A DNA stretch of 64,000 bases, from NCBI GenBank assembly GCA_001822075.1, contig MHPK01000004.1, positions 7,979 to 71,978 of the forward strand, in the 5' to 3' direction. Each line of letters starts with the position of its first letter. Position 1 is the stretch's first letter. Under the pieces are notes generated by a model that searched no databases, was not told the origin of the DNA, and saw only the letters and a program-made list of their open reading frames with translations. This DNA comes from Candidatus Staskawiczbacteria bacterium RIFOXYB1_FULL_38_37. GTDB taxonomy: Bacteria > Patescibacteriota > Minisyncoccia > Minisyncoccales > Staskawiczbacteraceae. This document shows, piece after piece, positions 8,541 through 17,313 of the stretch. A program made the position numbers and the translations under genes.

Positions 8541-8873
8541 TCATTTTAAAACCCATTGTATGGTCTGCACTATTGCAGTTGCCGATATGCCAATTACAAT
8601 GCCAGCTATCGCATAAAATAAGGCTTTCTTTGCAGTACCCATTTTTTCAGGACTGCCTGCTGAAGTCAAGTAAAGAATGCCAGCCACTATAATCATTATT
8701 GTGCCCAATGAACCGATTAAAATGCCTATTCCTCCAGCTATTTTTAATAAAAGCGCTCCAAAATTATCAACATTTAATGGATTAGGAATAATAACAGGAG
8801 CCGCAAAAGCAAAACATACAAATCCAAATAAGCCTAAAAGCGCAAATAAAGAAACTATTTTTTTATTCATCAT
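8541..8873 (-). CDS. TrbC/VirB2-like pilin family protein (paralog 4)
   Basis: Same architecture, with loop TSAGSPEKMGTAKKAL. Confidence 0.6.
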   Translation of the reverse strand: MMNKKIVSLFALLGLFGFVCFAFAAPVIIPNPLNVDNFGALLLKIAGGIGILIGSLGTIMIIVAGILYLTSAGSPEKMGTAKKALFYAIAGIVIGISATAIVQTIQWVLK

Positions 8874-8937
8874 TATCCCATTATATCAAATAAATTGAAA
8901 AACAAGGTGTGGATAACTGCCAGTCCCTTTCGGGACT

Positions 8938-9047
8938 GAAATTTTCAATTTTAAATTATAAATTTTAAATGAAATTATAATGTTTAAATGTTTTAAAATT
9001 TAAGAATTTAGTTTTGAATTAAAATTTAAAATTTGTTATTTAAAATT
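8938..9047 (+). repeat. AT-rich intergenic repeat, long copy, ending in a conserved 27-mer
   Basis: gaaattttcaattttaaat...ttaaatgttttaaa...aaaatttaaaatttgttatttaaaatt. Related to 45691..45791, and its 27-mer recurs at 12241. Confidence 0.7.
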
Positions 9048-11574
9048 AGTCGCGCAGGCATGCCCCCGAGGCAACATGGTCTTTGTCTTCAAGGCGCATT
9101 ATTCTCACTCCCTGCGTTGCCCTGCCCAGCAAAGAAATAGATTTTACTCCTGTTCTTATAACCTGGCCTTTTCTTGAAATTACAATTAAATCTTCTTCTT
9201 CCAACGGCTCATGCAAAATACATGCCATCATTATGCCTCCTGTTTTTGCTGTTATTTTGGCAGTTTTAACTCCAGACCCTCCTCTGCCCTGCACTTTATA
9301 CTGGCTTATATCTGTCCTCTTGCCATATCCGTTTTCCATTACAACCAAAAGATATCTTCTTGCGGACTTTTTTCCTGCCTGTCCTGCAGGCAGAGTTTTT
9401 GGGTCTTCAAAAACATCTTTGCTTATAACATCCATGCCCACCACTTCATCTTCTTTTTTTAAATTAATGCCCTTGACTCCAGCTGCCGTTCTCCCCATGG
9501 GCCGTATATCTTTTTCTTTAAATCTTATCGCAGCCCCGTTTTTAGTGGTTAAAATAATGTCGTCTTCGCCTGTTGTTTTAACAACTTTTTCTAAAGCATC
9601 TCCTTTTTCAAGCTTTATTGCAATAATTCCGCTTTTTCTTACATTTTTAAATTCGTCTAAAGCTGTTTTCTTTATTCTGCCCTTTTTTGTAACCATAACA
9701 AGATATTTAAATTTTCCTTCCTCTTCTTTTTTAACCGGCACTAAAGACAAAACTTTTTCTTCTGTAGACAAATCCAAAAAGTTTAAAATGCCTCTTCCTC
9801 TGGCAACCCTTGTTCCCTCTGGAATTTCATAAACCTGCGTTTGCAGAACCTTGCCAGAATCTGTAAAAAACATCAAATTATCATGTGTTGAGGCGCACAA
9901 AAAATGCTCAACAATATCGTCTCCCATTGTTTTCATTCCCATTATTCCTTTTCCTCCCCTCTTTTGAATTTTGTAGGTGGCAGGATTTATTCTTTTGATA
10001 TATCCGCCGGTTGTAAGGGTGACAATTGTTTCTTCCAAAGGGACCAAATCAACTTCGGTTATTTCTCCTAGTTTGCCTTTTACAACTTTTGTTTTTCTTT
10101 GGTCTCCAAACTTTTCTTTCAGCTCCTGAAATTCTTTTTTAATAATCTCTTTTAATTTTTCGGGGCTCTTTAAAATTGCCATCAGCTCCTTTATTCTTTC
10201 TAAAATTTCTTTCAGCTCGTCTTCAATCTTTTTTCTTTCAAGGCCGGCTAGAGTCTGCAGCCTCATTTCTAAAATGGCCACTGCCTGTTTTTCAGAAAGC
10301 TTAAATTTTTTTATTAAATTCGTTTTTGCCTCTTCTTTGTCGGCTGACTTTTTGATTGTCTTTATGACCTCATCAATATTTTTTAAGGCAATCATTAACC
10401 CTTCTAAAATATGCGCCCTGTCCTTTGCTTTTTCAAGTTCAAATTTTGTTCTGCGGGTTACAACTTCTTCTCTGTGTCCAATAAAATATTTTAGCACTTC
10501 AGCCAAAGACAAAATTTCAGGCTGTATGCCGTCAACCAAAGCCAGCAAATTCAAATGGAATGTTTTTTGCAGATTCGTGAACTTGTAAAGCCTGTTTAAT
10601 ATCCTGTTTGGCTGGAACCCTCTTTTAATATCAATAATAATTCTCATGCCTTCCCTGTCTGACAAATCTCTGATGTCTTTTATGCCTTCAATTTTCTTTT
10701 CAGAAACCAATTTTGCCATTTCTTCAACTAAGCTTGATTTTAAAACTTGATATGGAATTTCTGTAATAACAATTCTTTGCTGGCCGTCTTTTTTCTCCAC
10801 AATATCTGCTTTCCCGCGTATTAAAATAGAACCCTTGCCCTGTGAATAAGCTGTTATTATCTCTTTTCTATCATAAATTATGCCTCCTGTTGGAAAATCA
10901 GGGCCCTGCACAAATTCAAACAAATCTTCTGTTTCGGCCTTTGGATGCAAAAGCATATAAATTAAAGCATCCATTACTTCAGTAAGGTTGTGCGGAGGAA
11001 TATTTGTTGCCATTCCAACAGCAATTCCTAAACTCCCATTCAAAAGGAGCTGAGGCGCGGGCGACGGGAGAACTGTGGGCTCTTTTGTCATGCCGTCATA
11101 ATTGTCTACGAAATTTACAGTGTCTTTATCAATATCTTGGAGCATTAACTCGCCGATTTTAGACATTCGGCATTCAGTATAACGGGCCGCTGCAGCCCCA
11201 TCGCCGTCGATTGAACCAAAATTGCCCTGGCCGTCCACCAAAGTATACCTCATGTTAAAATCTTGCGCCATGCGCACCAAGCTGTCATACACAGCTGTAT
11301 CTCCGTGCGGATGGTAAGATTTCAAAACTTCACCAACAACAGACATTGACTTTCTGTGTTTTGAAGAAGCCCTTAAACCTGTTTCTCCCATTGCATATAA
11401 AATTCTGCGGTGCACAGGCTTTAAGCCGTCTCTTACGTCGGGAAGCGCGCGGGACACAATAACCGACATTGCATAATCAATGTATGATTCTTTCAATTCA
11501 GTCACCAACTCCCTTTGAACAATTTTTCCTCCGCCAGCTGGCGAATTCTTTTGTTTTGATTTTTCCTCCGCCAT
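9046..11574 (-). CDS. gyrA: DNA gyrase subunit A
   Basis: [46 protein letters not shown]-terminal beta-pinwheel repeats. Confidence 0.95.
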   Translation of the reverse strand: MAEEKSKQKNSPAGGGKIVQRELVTELKESYIDYAMSVIVSRALPDVRDGLKPVHRRILYAMGETGLRASSKHRKSMSVVGEVLKSYHPHGDTAVYDSLVRMAQDFNMRYTLVDGQGNFGSIDGDGAAAARYTECRMSKIGELMLQDIDKDTVNFVDNYDGMTKEPTVLPSPAPQLLLNGSLGIAVGMATNIPPHNLTEVMDALIYMLLHPKAETEDLFEFVQGPDFPTGGIIYDRKEIITAYSQGKGSILIRGKADIVEKKDGQQRIVITEIPYQVLKSSLVEEMAKLVSEKKIEGIKDIRDLSDREGMRIIIDIKRGFQPNRILNRLYKFTNLQKTFHLNLLALVDGIQPEILSLAEVLKYFIGHREEVVTRRTKFELEKAKDRAHILEGLMIALKNIDEVIKTIKKSADKEEAKTNLIKKFKLSEKQAVAILEMRLQTLAGLERKKIEDELKEILERIKELMAILKSPEKLKEIIKKEFQELKEKFGDQRKTKVVKGKLGEITEVDLVPLEETIVTLTTGGYIKRINPATYKIQKRGGKGIMGMKTMGDDIVEHFLCASTHDNLMFFTDSGKVLQTQVYEIPEGTRVARGRGILNFLDLSTEEKVLSLVPVKKEEEGKFKYLVMVTKKGRIKKTALDEFKNVRKSGIIAIKLEKGDALEKVVKTTGEDDIILTTKNGAAIRFKEKDIRPMGRTAAGVKGINLKKEDEVVGMDVISKDVFEDPKTLPAGQAGKKSARRYLLVVMENGYGKRTDISQYKVQGRGGSGVKTAKITAKTGGIMMACILHEPLEEEDLIVISRKGQVIRTGVKSISLLGRATQGVRIMRLEDKDHVASGACLRD

Positions 11575-11585
11575 TTTTTAAAAAC

Positions 11586-12236
11586 TTAAAAAGCTTTAAA
11601 TGTTTTCACAATATCAACTGCCTCCTGCCATCCTAAAGCATCTGTAAATCCATACCAGCGAGGAGGAGTAGCAAAAATATATTTTTTATTCTGGCCAATT
11701 CTTTCAGGGCCTATTGGTGCTGCGCTTACTGCAACTCTGCCTTGCAATATTAAATCCCAAACATCCGGGGTTATAATCATTATTGGTATATTTTGCCATG
11801 CTTCTCCCGGATTTTTTTTAGCATTCGGGTTTGTAAAAATAATTTTAACACCATAATATTCGCTGGCCGAAGAAGAGCTGTTAATATCCCATGCTCTCCA
11901 TAAATCGCTAATCACAGAATAACCCTCCCACGAGTCAGGAAAAACTAATTCAAAGCCGTATTCTTCATTTTTATAAGTTTTCCAATCTAAAGTTTCGACT
12001 GGCACTTGGTTTATCAAATTATTTATTGCATCTGAGACGTCTGTATCTTGAGTTTCAATATTTGGCAGTTGCACATTTCCCATTTGACTTCCCAAATTTG
12101 ATAGGGCATTACCGGCCCCTTTTATCCAAAAAAATCCCATCATTAATCCTAAAACAACAACAATTGTCCATAGGACAATTTTTTTGTTTTTGTCAGATAA
12201 TCCTCTAAGCTTTTCTAAATAAGCGCGGAAATCCAT
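11586..12236 (-). CDS. Hypothetical protein with N-terminal TM anchor
   Basis: 216-aa ORF with a single N-terminal hydrophobic helix and no recognisable motif. Confidence 0.5.
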   Translation of the reverse strand: MDFRAYLEKLRGLSDKNKKIVLWTIVVVLGLMMGFFWIKGAGNALSNLGSQMGNVQLPNIETQDTDVSDAINNLINQVPVETLDWKTYKNEEYGFELVFPDSWEGYSVISDLWRAWDINSSSSASEYYGVKIIFTNPNAKKNPGEAWQNIPIMIITPDVWDLILQGRVAVSAAPIGPERIGQNKKYIFATPPRWYGFTDALGWQEAVDIVKTFKAF

Positions 12237-12240
12237 TTTT

Positions 12241-12267
12241 AAAATTTAAAATTTGTTATTTAAAATT
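12241..12267 (+). repeat. 27-mer aaaatttaaaatttgttatttaaaatt (short copy)
   Basis: Identical to 9021..9047 and 45765..45791. Confidence 0.8.
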
Positions 12268-12274
12268 CAGCCAT

Positions 12275-12934
12275 TTATGGCTGTAATACTACTATTTCCA
12301 TGCCGTCTTTGGACAATGCGCTGGCTTTTACTGTAAGTTTATCTTGCGGAACAACTGAATTTTTTCCCATTGCTTTCAAAAATTTTGAAACATCGTCTAT
12401 CTCTATTTTAAGTTTTGGCAGGCTATAGTGCATTGGAATTACAATTAAGGGCTCAATCTGAGAAATTATTTTTTGCGCTTCGGTTGAAGAAATTGTATAA
12501 CCTTGGCCGCCGACAGGAATCATTAAAATATCAATAGAGTCTATTTTCTCTAATTGCTCGTCAGAAAGCTGCTTCTGGCCCAAATCTCCCAAATGGCAAA
12601 ACCTCATATCTTCTGCCTCTATTGTATAAATTGTATTTTGCCCTTTTTCTTTTCCGTCTTTATCGTCATGAAAAGAAGGTATGCCTTTTATAAAAACATC
12701 TTTTACCTCGTATTCTCCAGGGCCTTGTACTAAAAAAGGCTCGCCCTTCACGGCCTTTATATTATTATGGTCGTAATGATTATGGGTTACCAGTAAAATA
12801 TCAGCTGAAAGATTGGGGAGTTTTAAGCCAACTGAGTCCTCATAAGGGTCAATCACAATGTCAGCTGAATGCCCCTTGGAATTAGAAACTGAAATCTGAA
12901 AGCAGGAGTGCCCTGCCCATGAAATTTTTGCCAT
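12275..12934 (-). CDS. MBL-fold metal-dependent hydrolase
   Basis: WAGHSCFQI and LVTHNHYDHNN motifs. Confidence 0.7.
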   Translation of the reverse strand: MAKISWAGHSCFQISVSNSKGHSADIVIDPYEDSVGLKLPNLSADILLVTHNHYDHNNIKAVKGEPFLVQGPGEYEVKDVFIKGIPSFHDDKDGKEKGQNTIYTIEAEDMRFCHLGDLGQKQLSDEQLEKIDSIDILMIPVGGQGYTISSTEAQKIISQIEPLIVIPMHYSLPKLKIEIDDVSKFLKAMGKNSVVPQDKLTVKASALSKDGMEIVVLQP

Positions 12935-12937
12935 ATT

Positions 12938-13312
12938 TTATATTAATTTTTTATCTTTGTTCGCTTCGTCAATTTCATTTAGTATTTTTGCTACTTTATT
13001 TTTTAAATCAGGAATATCTTCTTTTATTGTTTTCCATAACTTATCTTTATTAACTCCAAAATATTCATGTATTAAAATATTTCTCATTCCAGCCATCTTT
13101 TTCCATGCAATTTTAGGATATTTTCTTTTAATTTTTGCAGGAACATGTTTTGTTGCCTCGCCAATTATTTCAAATCTTCTCATAACTGCGTCGTTAACTT
13201 GTTCATTAGAACAAAATTTTATTTCAGAAAAACCTCTAGTATATTCTTCTATATTTTTAGCGCTTTCAAGTATATCCTCCAAAAACATTATATAATCTCT
13301 ATCTTTTTTCAT
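12938..13312 (-). CDS. hepT: HepT-like HEPN RNase toxin (DUF86)
   Basis: R-x4-H motif RNILIHEY. Paired with an upstream nucleotidyltransferase. Confidence 0.7.
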   Translation of the reverse strand: MKKDRDYIMFLEDILESAKNIEEYTRGFSEIKFCSNEQVNDAVMRRFEIIGEATKHVPAKIKRKYPKIAWKKMAGMRNILIHEYFGVNKDKLWKTIKEDIPDLKNKVAKILNEIDEANKDKKLI

Positions 13313-13319
13313 AAAATAT

Positions 13320-13616
13320 TTACATAATAAAAACTTGCTCTCTTAATACCCTGTCTTTTATCCTGGGACGGATAGCGGAGTACTCTACCAAATCTACTTG
13401 TTTTTTCAATTTCTCTTCTAAGTCCAGCTTTAGTCCGACAAAATCAAATAAGCTTTTATCGTCTCTTTTATATTCTATCAAAATATCTACATCACTTTTT
13501 TTCTTTTCTTCTCCCCTTGCGTACGAACCAAAAATCGCCGCTTTTTTTACATCGTGGCGTTTTAAAATCGGCGTGATTTTCTTTTTTATGTTTTTAATTT
13601 TTACAGAATTTCTCAT
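13320..13616 (-). CDS. mnt: MNT-type nucleotidyltransferase antitoxin
   Basis: FGSYARGEEKKKSDVDILIE (GS...DxD). Confidence 0.7.
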   Translation of the reverse strand: MRNSVKIKNIKKKITPILKRHDVKKAAIFGSYARGEEKKKSDVDILIEYKRDDKSLFDFVGLKLDLEEKLKKQVDLVEYSAIRPRIKDRVLREQVFIM

Positions 13617-13729
13617 CGGTTATTAATGGGTTATTATATGTTATTTTATTATTTTATCACAAACTGCTTCCGTCTTCAATAGTTGCAAAAATATAAGAAT
13701 AGTGTATATTAAACATATCATTCTTAATA

Positions 13730-13765
13730 CTGCTGGCCCCGCAGAACGGGGCAAACCTGCAGCAG
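13730..13765 (+). promoter_or_regulatory. Nested GC-rich hairpin in the rpsA leader
   Basis: ctgctg-GCCCCG-cagaa-CGGGGC-aaac-ctgcagcag. Inner 6-bp stem inside outer ctgctg/cagcag pairing. Confidence 0.4.
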
Positions 13766-13816
13766 AACCTCGCCAAGCGGGGGAGACAAATAAACAGGTG
13801 TTTTATTTTATAATTT

Positions 13817-14935
13817 ATGAGTATTATTAAAAAAAATAAAGAGTCGGGCAATTCTTTACAGGTAGGCTCGACCATAGAAGGCAAGGTTGTGGCAAGAGAC
13901 CGCTCGTCTCTTTTTATTGATTTGGGAATTCAAGGTACTGGCATAATATTTGGCAGAGAGTTTTACAGAGCAAAAGACGTCATAAAAAGCCTGACAGCTG
14001 GTGACAAAATATATGCAAAAATAATAGAATTAGAAAACGAAGACGGGTATATAGAACTTTCTTTGAGAGACGCCACCAAAGAAATAAGCTGGCAAAAACT
14101 TGAAAAAATAAAAAACAGCGGAGAAATTTTAAATGTTAAAATAACCGGCGTAAACAAAGGCGGACTTTTAACCACCCTAGACGGCATACAGGCATTTTTG
14201 CCTGTTTCACAACTGGCTCCAGAGCACTATCCAAGAGTGGCTGATGCTGACAAACAAAAGATATTAAAAGAATTGCATAAATTTGTCGGCAAAACAATGG
14301 AAGTTAAAATTCTTGATTTATTGGCCCAGGAAAATAAACTGATACTTTCTGAAAAAGCAAAATCAGAAGAAAAATTAAAAGAGATATTAAAAGATTTCAA
14401 AAAAGGAGACACCATTGAAGGAGAGATCACCGGCATTGCTGATTTTGGGGCATTTATCAAATTTCCTTTGCCCGCCGAAGCTTTAGCGAAGGAAGGCTCA
14501 TCCGATGAAGAACCCTCAAAATCTTCGCAGATAGAAGGGTTAATCCATATTTCAGAATTAGACTGGCAATTGGTTGAAAATCCTGCCGAAGTTGTAAAAG
14601 TCGGAGAAATTGTAAAAGCTAAAATTATAGACATAAATAATAACCAGGTTTTTCTTTCGTTAAAGGCCTTAAAACAAAATCCGTGGGAAGAAATTGAAAA
14701 GCAGTATAAAAAAGGAGACACAATAAAAGGAAAAGTGACAAAGTACTCAACTTTCGGAGCTTTTGTGGAAATTATGCCGAAAATAAGAGGATTGTGCCAT
14801 ATATCAGAATTTAGTTCTAAAGAAGAAATGGAAAAATCTCTTGAAATAGGAAAAACATACGACTTCCAAATTTTATTGATAGAACCAAAAGAACATAGAA
14901 TGAGCTTAAAATTAGCAAGCCATGGAAAGGAGTAA
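13817..14935 (+). CDS. rpsA: 30S ribosomal protein S1 (four S1 domains)
   Basis: Repeated S1 motifs: G.IVEGKV, GLIHISELDW, GDTIKGKVTKYSTFGAFVEI. Confidence 0.85.
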   Translation: MSIIKKNKESGNSLQVGSTIEGKVVARDRSSLFIDLGIQGTGIIFGREFYRAKDVIKSLTAGDKIYAKIIELENEDGYIELSLRDATKEISWQKLEKIKNSGEILNVKITGVNKGGLLTTLDGIQAFLPVSQLAPEHYPRVADADKQKILKELHKFVGKTMEVKILDLLAQENKLILSEKAKSEEKLKEILKDFKKGDTIEGEITGIADFGAFIKFPLPAEALAKEGSSDEEPSKSSQIEGLIHISELDWQLVENPAEVVKVGEIVKAKIIDINNNQVFLSLKALKQNPWEEIEKQYKKGDTIKGKVTKYSTFGAFVEIMPKIRGLCHISEFSSKEEMEKSLEIGKTYDFQILLIEPKEHRMSLKLASHGKE

Positions 14936-16340
14936 AATAAAAGAAGAAGAAGTAAAATTTTTAATAGATGAGAGCAAGAAAAATCCCGAGCTTTTCAAAA
15001 GGGAAACTTTTATAGACTCCCCCGATTTTCTGGAAAAAATCGGGATTTTTTTTGGAAAAAATAAAAATTTTCCAATGGGATACTTAAAGCTTTGGCCACA
15101 GGATTTTATTGTTGAAGAAAAATCAATGTATGGCGCGCTTGAAACCGTGGATTCCGGAAATTTATTCGACAGCGAAAAAAACTTTTCCGAGAACGACCCG
15201 ACAATTTATGCCACTTTGGTAAAATGCAAACTGCCCACTTTCGAGGCAACCAAAGATCTGGCGCATTTTTTAAAAATTGACCAAAAAAAAATACAATATG
15301 CCGGAATAAAAGATACTGATGCAATAACCTCGCAATTAATAAGCATAAGAGGAGCAAATGCAGAAGAAATAAAAAATGCTGCCTCGGCATATTATTTTCT
15401 AAAAAATATCTATTCGGGCAAGGGCGTTGTTGAAGTCGGGTCCCTGCGCGGTAACAAATTCACTGTTTTAATAAGAACCGGCTCTGATTTTGATAAAAAT
15501 CAATTTAAGCAAAATTTAGAGGAAATAAAAAAACAAGGATTTTTTAATTTTTTTTACTTGCAAAGATTTGGAAGTCCGAGATTTATAAACTGGTTTTGGG
15601 GGCTTTTAATTTTAAGAGGGGATTATAAAAATGCTGTTTTAAGTTTTTTATGCTCCTGCGGCCAGAGAGAAATACCTTATTTTAAAAATCTGAGAGACGC
15701 AATTAAAAAAAATGCAGATAATTGGGATAAAATAGCAGAAATTATGAAGCCGTTTCCATTATCCCTGCAGAACGAAACAAGGGTTGTAAAATATCTTCAA
15801 AAAAATCCGGAAGATTTTGTTGGGGCGTTGAATCAAATTCCAGACCAGATACAGCTTTGGGTTTTTGCTTATGCATCTTTGCTTTTTAACAGAAAAATTT
15901 CTGAATATATAGAGAATAGCGCATCTTTGCCGGAAAAATTACCACTGATATTAAGCAAAGACAAAAATGACTGGCTTCCATATTATGACTTTCTCAAAGA
16001 AGATAAAATTTCTTCTCAGGATTTAAAAAATCTTACGCCATTTTCTGATATACAATGGAAAAAAAGAGAAATAAAAACAAGGGAAAAAGTTGAAATATAT
16101 AAAACAAAATTTGTGCCAGAAGGCGTAATTTTAAGTTTCTTTTTGTCTAAGGGATGTTATGCCACTGCTTTTTTATCCCATCTTTTTCAGTTAACTACGG
16201 GGCTTCCGTCTGAAGATATATCAAATGAAATAATAGATACAAAAGAAATTTTGGGCGGCGGATCTATAAAAAATTTAATAGAAAAATTTAAGGAAGTGAC
16301 ATTTTCAAAATCAGAAGACATTTTCGGAAAATCAGAGTAA
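14922..16340 (+). CDS. truD: tRNA pseudouridine synthase TruD-like
   Basis: LWPQDFIVEE near the N-terminus and catalytic-type YAGIKDTDAITSQ motif. Confidence 0.7.
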   Translation: MERSKIKEEEVKFLIDESKKNPELFKRETFIDSPDFLEKIGIFFGKNKNFPMGYLKLWPQDFIVEEKSMYGALETVDSGNLFDSEKNFSENDPTIYATLVKCKLPTFEATKDLAHFLKIDQKKIQYAGIKDTDAITSQLISIRGANAEEIKNAASAYYFLKNIYSGKGVVEVGSLRGNKFTVLIRTGSDFDKNQFKQNLEEIKKQGFFNFFYLQRFGSPRFINWFWGLLILRGDYKNAVLSFLCSCGQREIPYFKNLRDAIKKNADNWDKIAEIMKPFPLSLQNETRVVKYLQKNPEDFVGALNQIPDQIQLWVFAYASLLFNRKISEYIENSASLPEKLPLILSKDKNDWLPYYDFLKEDKISSQDLKNLTPFSDIQWKKREIKTREKVEIYKTKFVPEGVILSFFLSKGCYATAFLSHLFQLTTGLPSEDISNEIIDTKEILGGGSIKNLIEKFKEVTFSKSEDIFGKSE

Positions 16341-16343
16341 AAT

Positions 16344-16374
16344 AAAAGTCCCAACAACAAAGTGAAGTTGGGAC
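16344..16374 (-). terminator. Terminator of the island's minus-strand ORF
   Basis: On the minus strand: GTCCCAAC-ttcactttgtt-GTTGGGAC followed by TTTT. Confidence 0.6.
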
Positions 16375-16383
16375 ATAAGCAAT

Positions 16384-16410
16384 AGCGTCCCGTTCAGCGG
16401 GACGCTTTTT
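16384..16410 (+). terminator. Terminator of truD
   Basis: AGCGTCCCG-ttca-GCGGGACGCT followed by TTTTT. Confidence 0.7.
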
Positions 16411-16435
16411 GCATGGTCCGCATAAAGCGGATATA

Positions 16436-17137
16436 CTAATAGTCGAGCTCGGGCTCGACATAGGGCTCGGTGGACCACAGTCCGCCATTCAGTCGCAGAA
16501 CCAGCTCGGGTTGCTTATCAACCTCGCGATGGGACGAATTGATCGTGTGAACAATCCGTCCATCATCTTGCGGAGGATTTGCCCAAACGTGGCAAAAACC
16601 CCAGCACGACGAAGACAAGAACTCCAATGTCGTATCAAGTGCCGGCTGGTTGCTGATACTCCTCCCGCCATGGGAAAAATTGATAACCAGCACGCTAATC
16701 CAGCGCGTTCCATCACGCCGAGGCCGGATATGGATATCCACGACCTCGTATTCAGCCAGAAGATCCTGGAGCGTCTCGTACAACGAGACATTCTGGATTC
16801 CTTCCTTGCCGAATACTGGCACGCCCGAATCCGCGACCTCTTTGCGGATGGCATAGGCCTCACGACCAAACTGCTGGGCATGAGCCACGTGCTTTGCCTC
16901 TTTGGCTCCGAAATCCGGATCTTTTTCCGGAATGCCAAGCTCCAGCAACTTGTCCCTCCACTTTCCGTTCAAATTGAACTTGTAGAGGGCCACATCCGGC
17001 TTTGGAGCGATTTCGACAGCCTCACCTGCATCCTTGCGTTGTTGGTGTAAAGAACAAAATACCTTCGCTCTCTGGTCTCCGACCCAGTGTCTGCACCGAG
17101 CATTCCGTTCTGTCGCTGCTGTGCATGCATATTGCAT
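16436..17137 (-). CDS. ORFan in GC-rich island, N-terminal C-x9-C-x12-C-x2-H cluster
   Basis: Longest frame in this part of the island. AAGGAG lies 7 nt before the second ATG (17137). A consensus promoter sits upstream and a terminator downstream. N-terminus MQYACTAATERNARCRHWVGDQRAKVFCSLH. Confidence 0.55.
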   Translation of the reverse strand: MQYACTAATERNARCRHWVGDQRAKVFCSLHQQRKDAGEAVEIAPKPDVALYKFNLNGKWRDKLLELGIPEKDPDFGAKEAKHVAHAQQFGREAYAIRKEVADSGVPVFGKEGIQNVSLYETLQDLLAEYEVVDIHIRPRRDGTRWISVLVINFSHGGRSISNQPALDTTLEFLSSSCWGFCHVWANPPQDDGRIVHTINSSHREVDKQPELVLRLNGGLWSTEPYVEPELDY

Positions 17138-17187
17138 ATGCATACTCCTTTCTGAAAATGGGAAAATTTACATCCACCTATACTTTA

Positions 17188-17216
17188 ATTATATCATATA
17201 CAAAAAACCTTGTCAA
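17188..17216 (-). promoter_or_regulatory. Consensus sigma70-type promoter for the 16436..17137 ORF
   Basis: On the minus strand: TTGACA - 17 nt - TATAAT (perfect hexamers). Confidence 0.7.
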
Positions 17217-17227
17217 TACCAAAGCAC

Positions 17228-17256
17228 TTGACAAATACATAATAACTTTATATGAT
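17228..17256 (+). promoter_or_regulatory. Sigma70-type promoter for the NYN operon
   Basis: TTGACA - 17 nt - TATGAT. Confidence 0.7.
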
Positions 17257-17313
17257 ATAGTCAAATCCAAACAGAAAAAGAAAAGAACCAATACCACACA
17301 GAGGAGTATTCTT

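Noticed and set aside
8908-8916. Perfect DnaA box TGTGGATAA upstream of the pilin array
   Set aside because: It is a single isolated 9-mer about 48 kb from dnaA, and roughly one chance occurrence is expected in a window this size.
8938-9047. CRISPR array
   Set aside because: The AT-rich repeats are irregular, are not separated by unique spacers of constant length, and are dispersed at three loci. No cas genes are present.
13657-13884. 75-aa minus-strand ORF overlapping the rpsA leader and start
   Set aside because: It overlaps the GC hairpin and the rpsA start, and it has no RBS.
17002-17313. Upstream 104 codons of the track ORF 17002..18105
   Set aside because: The extension crosses both divergent promoters and overlaps the 5' end of the opposite gene. 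NYN homology and a GAGGAG RBS begin at 17314.
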